A stretch of DNA of 64,000 nt from Bacillota bacterium. GTDB taxonomy: Bacteria > Bacillota > Limnochordia > DUMW01. This document shows, one piece after another, positions 18,855 to 26,889 of this stretch. Position 1 is the stretch's first letter. Every line of letters starts with the position of its first letter. A program made the position numbers and the translations under genes. Under the pieces are notes generated by a model. That model worked only from the letters and a program-made list of their open reading frames with translations. It ran no database searches and was not told where the DNA came from. The stretch lies in contig DUMW01000009.1 of the NCBI GenBank assembly GCA_012839765.1, positions 29,434 to 93,433 of the forward strand, written 5' to 3'.

Positions 18855-20189
18855 ATGGGCAGAAGTATATCAAAGGATTTCTTTCGATATGTCAGCACCA
18901 ATGTCCTGGGCATGATCGGTCTGTCCTGTTATATCTTCGCGGACACCTTGTTCGTGGCTCGGGGATTGGGGACCAACGGCCTTGCGGCCCTGAACCTTTC
19001 TATCTCGATGTATGGTCTGATCTACGCCGGCGGATTGATGATCGGTATCGGCGGTGCCACCCGCTTTGCCATCTTGAAAGCCCGGGGCCAGATAGGGCAG
19101 GCAAGGACCGTGTTCACCCACGCCATGGTGGCCGGGATCGTCCTGGGACTTGTTTTTCTCTCGGTAGGTCTTCTCTTCTCGGAACAACTAAGTGTGTTCT
19201 TGGGGGCGGACGCAGTCATCTTTGAGATGACCAATACCTACCTAAGAACCATTTTGCTTTTTGGGCCCGCGTTTGTGGTAAACAGTGTCTTGCTTGCCTT
19301 TGTGCGCAATGACGGCAATCCAAACTTGGCCATGGCCGGGATGCTTACCAGCAGTTTCGGTAATATCCTACTGGATTACATTCTTATCTTTCCCCTACAG
19401 ATGGGGATGTTCGGAGCGGCCTTAGCTACGGGTATTGCCTCGGTCATCGGCATTTTCCTTTTACTGCTGCATTTCCGCGGCCCCTGTACCCTTCGACTGC
19501 AAGGATGCAGGTTTCAATTCCGGTATTTGCGGGATATGGCTGCCCTGGGATTGTCAACCTTTATCACTGAGATCTCCGGGGGACTGGTGCTGGTGGTGTT
19601 CAATCTGACCATTCTAGGCATTGCCGGCAATGTGGGGGTGGCGGCCTACGGTGTGGTGGCAAACCTGGCTTTTATCGCCATGTCTATCTTTACAGGTATT
19701 GGCCAGGGTTTGCAGCCCCTGGCCAGTTATAGTCACGGGCGGGGAGAGCCGACGGTTTTGCGGAGAATTCTCTTTTATGGACTGATTACGGTGATGGTGA
19801 CGGCAGGAGCCATCTACTTGTTGGTTTTAGGGTTTTCAGACGAAATTGTGGCAGCCTTCAATAGGGAGAACAATGTGGAACTGGCCCGCTATGCTAAAGA
19901 GGGGTTGTTAATCTATTTTACCGGCTTCATCTTTGCCGGGGCCAACGTCGTGGGAGCGGGATATTGTGCGGCCACGGAGCGGACGGCCCTTTCTTTTGTA
20001 ATCTCCATCACCCGGGGAGCGGTGGCCATCATTCCCCTAGTTCTCATCCTAGCTCGATGTTTCGGAATGGTGGGGGTCTGGCTTTCCTTCCCCGGGGCGG
20101 AAATGGTCACCTTCATGGTCGGGGTAGCCCTAGCGAGCAGAAACAGGTGGACCCAGAAGACCACCGCGGACGGCAGGCTAAGAGCCTAG
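18855..20189 (+). CDS. MATE-family multidrug/oligosaccharide efflux transporter
   Basis: 12 predicted TM helices and the MATE N-terminal pattern (FRYVSTNVLGMIGLSCYIFADTLFVAR). ATG 18855 follows a GGAGG RBS. Confidence 0.7.
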   Translation: MGRSISKDFFRYVSTNVLGMIGLSCYIFADTLFVARGLGTNGLAALNLSISMYGLIYAGGLMIGIGGATRFAILKARGQIGQARTVFTHAMVAGIVLGLVFLSVGLLFSEQLSVFLGADAVIFEMTNTYLRTILLFGPAFVVNSVLLAFVRNDGNPNLAMAGMLTSSFGNILLDYILIFPLQMGMFGAALATGIASVIGIFLLLLHFRGPCTLRLQGCRFQFRYLRDMAALGLSTFITEISGGLVLVVFNLTILGIAGNVGVAAYGVVANLAFIAMSIFTGIGQGLQPLASYSHGRGEPTVLRRILFYGLITVMVTAGAIYLLVLGFSDEIVAAFNRENNVELARYAKEGLLIYFTGFIFAGANVVGAGYCAATERTALSFVISITRGAVAIIPLVLILARCFGMVGVWLSFPGAEMVTFMVGVALASRNRWTQKTTADGRLRA

Positions 20190-20202
20190 GCTCCGTACAA
20201 CA

Positions 20203-20231
20203 AGGCCCAGGACCTGGAGTCCTGGGCCTTG
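20203..20231. terminator. Bidirectional hairpin terminator between convergent MATE (+) and small wHTH (-) genes
   Basis: Perfect 12 bp stem AAGGCCCAGGAC/GTCCTGGGCCTT. A TTGTTGT tract follows on the minus-strand side. Confidence 0.45.
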
Positions 20232-20237
20232 GCGCGT

Positions 20238-20438
20238 TCAGTCCCTTTTAATCTCCCAATAGCAACGTTTCGGGGAAACGATCTTACCTTCCTTTTTCAA
20301 TTTCGCCATGATCTTGTCCACCTCTTTACGTTCCAGACCGGTTCCCTCGGCCACGGCACCGGCGTTCAAAGGACCATCGGCCTTTTCGAAAAACTCCAGT
20401 ACCACTTGGTAGTTGTCCATGGCATCCATTCCTTTCAT
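20238..20438 (-). CDS. Small (66 aa) putative winged-helix DNA-binding protein
   Basis: The short ORF has basic/acidic helical character (…KEVDKIMAKLKKEGKIV…). It lies convergent to the MATE gene and upstream of a 490 nt structured intergenic region. Confidence 0.4.
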   Translation of the reverse strand: MKGMDAMDNYQVVLEFFEKADGPLNAGAVAEGTGLERKEVDKIMAKLKKEGKIVSPKRCYWEIKRD

Positions 20439-20929
20439 ATTGGGATGTCTTAATTATAGCTTGTACCGCGGAGAGAATCCAGGTAGGTGAGTTGCACATT
20501 AGCGTACTAGCCCCTCCGGAGCGATCGAGACAATCATTCTCCCGCGAACCTGCCCCTTGTTCTTTTGTCAACCAGGGACTGTGGAAGGGAGTATCCTGGA
20601 ACAAGATCTCCCTTGAACCTTCGTGTATATGAGAGGCGAAACCTCTCATGTTCTTTATCTGATCCGGAACGAAGGAGGTTCCGTAGACTGTACAGTCTCT
20701 TGTTTCCAGCACTCTTGTTCTTGTGGAGGAACAATATTTATTTCGCTGGTATTGCGGAACAAAGGCCACTAACGAAGGGGTCATTTGTTGGGAGAATATC
20801 GACACTGCAGGTGAATCAGATTTGGTTACAAAGGACTTCCTCCACCGGACCCTTTACTGGTCTAGTGGAGGATAATGGGTAGCAAAGCACGCCATCAATC
20901 TCAAGGTTGCACTTGGGAGCAGGGTCACG

Positions 20930-21922
20930 CTAAAGAACTAAGGAGACTGGTATCAGGGTGACTTTTTCTTTCAAAGGTCTTCCCGCCAACTGGGCTTCCA
21001 CGTTTGTGGCCGCTAGATATCCTATCCGGTAGCCATCCTGATGGATGGTGGGTAGTTTCGGTGTCAAGTGTTTGGCGATCTCCGAACCATCAAAGCCGAT
21101 AATGGCCTTAAGGTCGAACCCCTGTGAATGTAGAAGCTTTCTGGCGGAAATGGCAAGATAATCACTGGTGGCAAAGACCGCTGTGCAAAGACTGGCGGCC
21201 TTCTCAAATTCCTCAGGATCGATGACGGAACTTTCCACATCGGGCCCGAAACAACCCTTAACTACAAATTCTGGGTTAAACTGGATGCTGCTTTCCTTGA
21301 GGGCCTGTTTGTATCCCTCCAATCTGTAGTTGCTCTCGATATGTTGGGGGTCGATGATGATCATAATCTGCCTATGGCCCTTTTCGATCAGGTACTTCGT
21401 GGCCTTATATCCTCCGTTGACGTTGTCACTAAGCACCGCGGTGCATTGGGTGTTCTCCGCGTAGGATTGCACATGGCAATGGGGCACTCCCCGTCGGTGC
21501 AAAAACTCGCAGAAGTCGGCGCTGATGCGATTTGTCCAGATAATGAGCCCGTCTAGTTGTTTGCCTATCACCATGCGTTCCAAATGTTCTTCGATCTGAG
21601 GATGGATCGTGCTGGAGATCATTTCCAAGGAGTATCCCTTCTCCGTCAGACAGCGGCCGATGCCCTGGAGGATGTTGGCGTTGACACTAGCGGAGAAGAC
21701 AATATATTCTTCGATAACCACGCCAATAACATTGCTTCGCTGCATAGAAAGCCGTTGGGCGGATACATTGGGGTAATAGTTCAGTTCCCTGGCCGCCCGG
21801 AGGACTTTCTCCCGGGTGCGGTTGCTAATGGGAATCTGTCCCAGGGACTTGTTGTTCAGAACCCGGGAAACGGTAGCAACGGATACGTTCGCGGCTTTGG
21901 CAATATCTCGTAGCGTTACCAT
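20930..21922 (-). CDS. LacI-family transcriptional regulator
   Basis: N-terminal HTH MVTLRDIAKAANVSVATVSRVLNN followed by a sugar-binding domain. 330 aa. Confidence 0.8.
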   Translation of the reverse strand: MVTLRDIAKAANVSVATVSRVLNNKSLGQIPISNRTREKVLRAARELNYYPNVSAQRLSMQRSNVIGVVIEEYIVFSASVNANILQGIGRCLTEKGYSLEMISSTIHPQIEEHLERMVIGKQLDGLIIWTNRISADFCEFLHRRGVPHCHVQSYAENTQCTAVLSDNVNGGYKATKYLIEKGHRQIMIIIDPQHIESNYRLEGYKQALKESSIQFNPEFVVKGCFGPDVESSVIDPEEFEKAASLCTAVFATSDYLAISARKLLHSQGFDLKAIIGFDGSEIAKHLTPKLPTIHQDGYRIGYLAATNVEAQLAGRPLKEKVTLIPVSLVL

Positions 21923-22218
21923 TGATTAACAACCCCAATTCCATTGTTGTTGTTACCTAAAAACTTAGTCCATTTGGACGGTTATGTCAATGATATCTTT
22001 GACTTAGTCTTACCCCGGTACTCCCAAGAAGTGTAACCGGCTACAAGATTTCATGTGCTGTACTGGAAAGGCTGACGCTTCTGTGAGCGACCATTTCCTA
22101 AGGACCGGGACGGTTATCTTATCGCCAGGTAGTCAATTTTTCGCGCTCAACCTCTTTACGAGAGACTTCTCATGGTTTAGACTGGTATATACCAATGTTT
22201 TGCGAGGAGGCGCCCGCA

Positions 22219-23454
22219 GTGGGGAAGAAGATCCTAAACCGTAAAGTAATGGTCATTTTCACGCTCTGGCTTGCCTATGCGGCATTGTATTTGGGAAGAC
22301 ACAACATGGCCATGGTCCTACCTGTCCTGGAGCAGGAACTAGGGTGGAGCCCTGCCATGTCCGGTTTACTGACGGGGATCTTTTTCTGGTGTTATGCCGT
22401 TGGCCAGCTGATCAACGGCTATTTGGGGGATCGGTGGGATGCGAAAAGGATCGTTCTTTTCGGGCTGATGGGTAGCTGTGTGGCCAACGCCCTGTTTCCC
22501 TTTGTCTCCTATTTTTGGCTCCTGGTGCTGCTGTGGGCCTTTAACGGCTATGTACAATCTAGTGGCTGGGGTCCCATCCTGAAGATTGCTTCCCACTGGA
22601 CCGAGGAACAGGAACGGACCCGCGTGGCCGGATTCTTGGCTACGTCTGGAATCGCGGGCTTCTTCATTTCCTGGGCGGTCTCCGGCTATTTGTTGCTGGT
22701 TGTGAACTGGTACTGGGTCTTTGTTTTGCCCGCTCTCGGCATGGGGCTAGTGAGCGTCTGGTGGTTCATAGGGATGGATAATCACCCCATACAGGAGAGG
22801 GAACCGGTGGCTACCAGTTCTTCCGGTGTGTTTGGGGACGTGATGGAGTTTATCAAGTATCCAGGAGTGGTGGGGTTGGGGCTAGTGAGTTTGCTCCAAG
22901 GTATGATCCGCAACGGCATCATCCTTTGGACCCCCACTCTGTTGGCCAATACCCTCTTTGGCCGCAATGCGGTCCTGCCGTCCCTTTTGATTCCCTTCTG
23001 TGGACTTGTGGGAATTGGGATTGCCACAAGGCTTTTGCTGAGGCTAAAGGGCAATGATCGGGCCGCTATCAGCATCCTCTTAGGCCTTGCGGGAATCGTG
23101 GCCTTGTTTTCCATCCTGGCTTTGGTGTGCAAACAGCCCCTGTTGCTGGCCCTTGCCGTTGCCCTAACGTCTGCCCTTACGGAAGGTGCCAATACCATAT
23201 TGCTTACTTCCATCCCCCTCAAGTTTGCCCATGTGGGCAAACAGTCTACTTTAGCCGGTTACCTTGATTTCGCCTGTTATGTGGGTGGTGCCCTCATGAG
23301 CGTCTACACAGGTCTTGTTTTGGAGTTGGGGAATTGGAACGTTATTCTGCTCACCTGGGCGGGAGCCTCTCTTGCTGCAAGCCTGTTCACGTCTCTATCG
23401 AAGTTCCAGACCAGCACCGAGATGGTCCGTGATTCATCTAGCGAAGCTCTTTAG
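22219..23454 (+). CDS. MFS transporter (sugar / sugar-phosphate type)
   Basis: 12 TM segments. MFS signature region GYLGDRWDAKRIVLFGL. The GTG at 22219 has a GAGGAGG RBS; an alternative ATG lies at 22195. Confidence 0.7.
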   Translation: MGKKILNRKVMVIFTLWLAYAALYLGRHNMAMVLPVLEQELGWSPAMSGLLTGIFFWCYAVGQLINGYLGDRWDAKRIVLFGLMGSCVANALFPFVSYFWLLVLLWAFNGYVQSSGWGPILKIASHWTEEQERTRVAGFLATSGIAGFFISWAVSGYLLLVVNWYWVFVLPALGMGLVSVWWFIGMDNHPIQEREPVATSSSGVFGDVMEFIKYPGVVGLGLVSLLQGMIRNGIILWTPTLLANTLFGRNAVLPSLLIPFCGLVGIGIATRLLLRLKGNDRAAISILLGLAGIVALFSILALVCKQPLLLALAVALTSALTEGANTILLTSIPLKFAHVGKQSTLAGYLDFACYVGGALMSVYTGLVLELGNWNVILLTWAGASLAASLFTSLSKFQTSTEMVRDSSSEAL

Positions 23455-23586
23455 ACCACAAGAACTGAGGCATGAGGTGTTGAGAATCTCTGCGTCGGTC
23501 CTATCTGCAGTGTCAGGGCGCGTCTTCGTTACTCGTGGCGGAGGTCATGATTTAGAAAAAAATAGATAATTGGATACTTGACATCC

Positions 23587-23615
23587 TTTGGGAACCAAGT
23601 TATAGTAGAATTAAT
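23587..23615 (+). promoter_or_regulatory. Candidate sigma-A promoter (TTGACA, 17 nt spacer, TATAGT) in an AT-rich patch upstream of gene 23791
   Basis: TTGACA at 23587-23592, a 17 nt spacer, and TATAGT at 23610-23615. The surrounding sequence is unusually AT-rich for this window. Confidence 0.45.
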
Positions 23616-23790
23616 AATGTAACCGGTTAACGTATGTGCATTAACATCTGGTCGTGTGGTACAGCGAAGCAGACCTTGGTTCAACGGGTATGGTGTGTCC
23701 CACAGGTTTTTGGCGTCTTCGGGATGAAGCGCGGTCTGTCTGTGAGGGTCAATCCTGTGGTAGTAGAGAAAATGCAAGGAAGGGGAGGTC

Positions 23791-24669
23791 GTGTCCTTGA
23801 AAAAACTCTGCAGTCTGCTTGTAATCTTAGCCTTATTCACCGGTTGTATTTACATAGCCACCGACGATGGGCCATACAGGATTTCGGGACGGGTGACCGA
23901 TTCTTGGGGTAAGGGGATTGGTGGTGTCGTCATCAAACTAGGTGAGGAATTCGGCGAGGTTGTGACCGATGCCGACGGCCTGTGGTGTGTGGAGGGGCTA
24001 CATGGTGTGGTGAACGTTGTTCCCTTTAAGGAGGAATGGAGTTTCGAGCCGCCCAGTATCACCGTGGTTGCCGAGAATCACGAGGTGGACTTTGTCGGCT
24101 TCCAACATCTCTATTTCACCGACTTTACCACGGACGTATCGATCCACTGGTATTTAAATGGTCCGGAGATCCTCCCCACTGGGATGAGCTTCGACGGAGG
24201 TTGGGGAACTTACCGGTGGGCCCAACTGACCGGTGAGGCCGCTATCCAGGTTTCAGACGTGATCATCGAGGTGGAAGTGGCGGATATCCGTACCGGAAAC
24301 GAGAATGCCTTTGTGGAAATCGCCGGACGGACCGATGATCCTTTGGAAGCGGGTGAACGTACCAGCGGGGTGGCCCTGAGGGTTTACGGCAAGGGTTCCA
24401 CCAATGCGAGAATGGTGCTATACGAGGACGGGGTGGAGATTGGTTCGGTGCAGACGGAACTGTTTCACTGGTAACATGAGACCATTTTTGTGCTGCGGTT
24501 GATGCTATATGGAAATCTTGCCATCGGTACGGTGACCCGTGCCTCCGACGGAGCCAGTTGGGAAGTGCGGGGGACCCTTACCAGTACCCTCGGTCCCGGA
24601 AACGTGAGACTGCAAGGGCGGGCGTACAACGAAGGACCGTTGATCACGAAAGTGGAGGTGAAGCGGTAG
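23791..24669 (+). pseudogene. Lipoprotein with an unassigned ~190 aa beta-sandwich-like domain (family A), interrupted by an in-frame TAA at 24472-24474
   Basis: Lipobox ALFTGC. The sequence is collinear with paralogue 29911..30537 through …VQTELFHW, then TAA, then 65 further in-frame codons that remain homologous to the paralogue (…GPGNVRLQGRAYNEGPLITKVEVKR). Confidence 0.55.
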
Positions 24670-24912
24670 GTCGTTAAGGTACCGTGGTTTCATTCTCTTG
24701 CATTGCGGCATTTCCCTTCTGGAAAGGTACTTCGCAGAGGCCGATACAGGACGCAATGGTATATGTCTTTGTGGAGAATATATCGCCTTGGCCTTTACGG
24801 TTAAGTTGTTGGGGCAGTGGGATTTCGCTTGGAGGGGCTAATCGGGCAACACTATGGGTCCATTGGGGAAGTTGTGGAGTTGAAAAGTCTAGGAAGGCGG
24901 AGGGAATTCCTC

Positions 24913-26727
24913 ATGGGCAGATACTGGGTTCGGATGCTGGTGGTATTGCTGTGGGTCAACCTTTTGCTAATCTCTCCATCGCCGCTAGTTAGGGGTAACG
25001 AAAAGGATTACGGAAACGGGGTTGTCCCAAGTTACCACACTGATTTCTCCCTTGATGTGTCGTCAGATTGGGTGCTGGTGGGACCAACGATCCACGTCGG
25101 TACAGGAATGGATTTCAGCGGGGGCTGGGGGAAAGTGCGCTGGGCCCAGTTAGATCTGGGGATCCCGTTGGTTGATGTGGCCCTCTGGGCGGAGGTGACC
25201 GGGATTGGCACAGGAAATCCGAATGCCTTTGTGGAGATTGGTGCCCGGACCCAGGATGCACACCAGGAGGGCGAGCGCACTAGCGGTGTCTACCTGCGGG
25301 TTTATGGTGCCGGTGGACCCAACGCGAGAATCGCCTTGTATGATGCGGGGAAACTCATAGCCGAGAAGGATTCCACCCTCTTTTCCCGTGATGCGGTCTT
25401 TACCATGACCCTGATCCTACAAGGCAACACTGCTAGGGCTATCGTCGTGGGTCAAAACGCATCGGATTCCCGCTGGGAGTTGACGGGGATAGTAACCCGT
25501 GCCCTTGAACCAGGAAGTGTGAGGTTGCAGGGCTGTGCCTATACCGGGGGACCGGTTATTGCCCAGTTCAAACTGCTCCCGGACCCGACCGAATCTCCAA
25601 AGGTGGGAGGGGAGCTGGTGCCCGCCGTATACAAACCGTATGTAAGTGCCATCGACACTGAGCGCCCCATCATCGTGGCCCATACGGACAAACCGTGTAC
25701 GTTGGATTTTTTCTTGGTTGTCGATTCCCAAAAGGTCTATCAGGCAAGTTCTGTAGGCCAGCACCATTATTTTCCCATCCCTGATGCGGTGTGGATGGTG
25801 CCGGGTACATACCAGTACACTCTTCGAATTGGAGAGACTGAGGTGGGCACCTATCAATTCCTAGTGCCTGAAAAGCAGCAGGACACTTTCGCCTTCGCGG
25901 TGGTGGGTGATGCGCAAAACGCGTATTCCCCTGAACGAAGGGCGAAGGTGATGGGTGCTTTGGCTGATTTTGATCCGCAGTTTATCCTTCACACCGGGGA
26001 TCTGCACGCGGGGGTTGGTGACGGTTGGGACTTGTTCGGCCGGGATTGGTGGCTCAACTTCTTTGCCCCCATGTCGTCATACCAAGCTGCGGTGCCCTTC
26101 TACCCCGTCCTTGGCAATCATGATGATGAGCTTGTCGGTCAACGGGAGTCCTTTATCCAAGCTTTTCCCCAATTGCCCATGGCAGGATGTTACAGTTTCA
26201 AGTTTGGCCAGGCGGCTTTCTTCTTTTTGGATATCCAAAATCAGATCCGGGAGTTCTTCGACAAAGGCCACGACCAATGGTTGCGGGCGGAAGTGGGGAA
26301 ATATCCGGATGTTCTGTGGCGGATCGTGGTTTTCCACGTGCCACCTTGGAGCGGTGGCCATCGGGGAGAGAACCAGTGGACCGTAGGAAGGCGAGAAGAA
26401 CTGCTAGAGATTCTGCAGGAACTGGATGTCCATTTGGTGTTTTGTGGCCACGATCACAATTACCAAAGGTCAAGGCCCCTCAGCTTAGCTGACTCCCCGT
26501 ACCGTCCGGTGCAGTTCGTCATTACAGGTCTCAGCGGCGCGAATTACTACGATGCACAGCCAAGGGAATACCTCGCTCGAGTGGTGAACCGCCAGGATCA
26601 CTTTTGTCTGGTTGAAGTGGCCCGTGAGGAAATCCGCGTGAGGGTGGTGACACCCGCCGGTGAGGAGATTGACTTTTTTCAGGTGGAACAGGACACAGTA
26701 GACGATGTCTATTTCGTTGAGCCCTAG
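24913..26727 (+). CDS. Secreted calcineurin-like metallophosphoesterase fused to an N-terminal family-A domain
   Basis: Signal peptide; N-domain homologous to the 23791 and 29911 genes (DFSLDVSSDWVLVGP…GGWGKVRWAQL…NAFVEIGARTQD…GERTSGVYLRVYG). C-terminal phosphoesterase motifs GDAQN, GDLHAG, GNHD and GHDHNYQR. Confidence 0.65.
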   Translation: MGRYWVRMLVVLLWVNLLLISPSPLVRGNEKDYGNGVVPSYHTDFSLDVSSDWVLVGPTIHVGTGMDFSGGWGKVRWAQLDLGIPLVDVALWAEVTGIGTGNPNAFVEIGARTQDAHQEGERTSGVYLRVYGAGGPNARIALYDAGKLIAEKDSTLFSRDAVFTMTLILQGNTARAIVVGQNASDSRWELTGIVTRALEPGSVRLQGCAYTGGPVIAQFKLLPDPTESPKVGGELVPAVYKPYVSAIDTERPIIVAHTDKPCTLDFFLVVDSQKVYQASSVGQHHYFPIPDAVWMVPGTYQYTLRIGETEVGTYQFLVPEKQQDTFAFAVVGDAQNAYSPERRAKVMGALADFDPQFILHTGDLHAGVGDGWDLFGRDWWLNFFAPMSSYQAAVPFYPVLGNHDDELVGQRESFIQAFPQLPMAGCYSFKFGQAAFFFLDIQNQIREFFDKGHDQWLRAEVGKYPDVLWRIVVFHVPPWSGGHRGENQWTVGRREELLEILQELDVHLVFCGHDHNYQRSRPLSLADSPYRPVQFVITGLSGANYYDAQPREYLARVVNRQDHFCLVEVAREEIRVRVVTPAGEEIDFFQVEQDTVDDVYFVEP

Positions 26728-26889
26728 ATACTGCGAAGATATTGCGGGGAATTGAGGTCGCGAATTGGAGAGACACCAGGACCCGCTCTGTGCAAGGAAC
26801 GGCAAGGGCGAGGTGGTGTTGGGCGGAAACTATGTATAGATCATTTTATACTAAAACTGAATAGTTCCAATAGTGAAGGATACAAGAAA

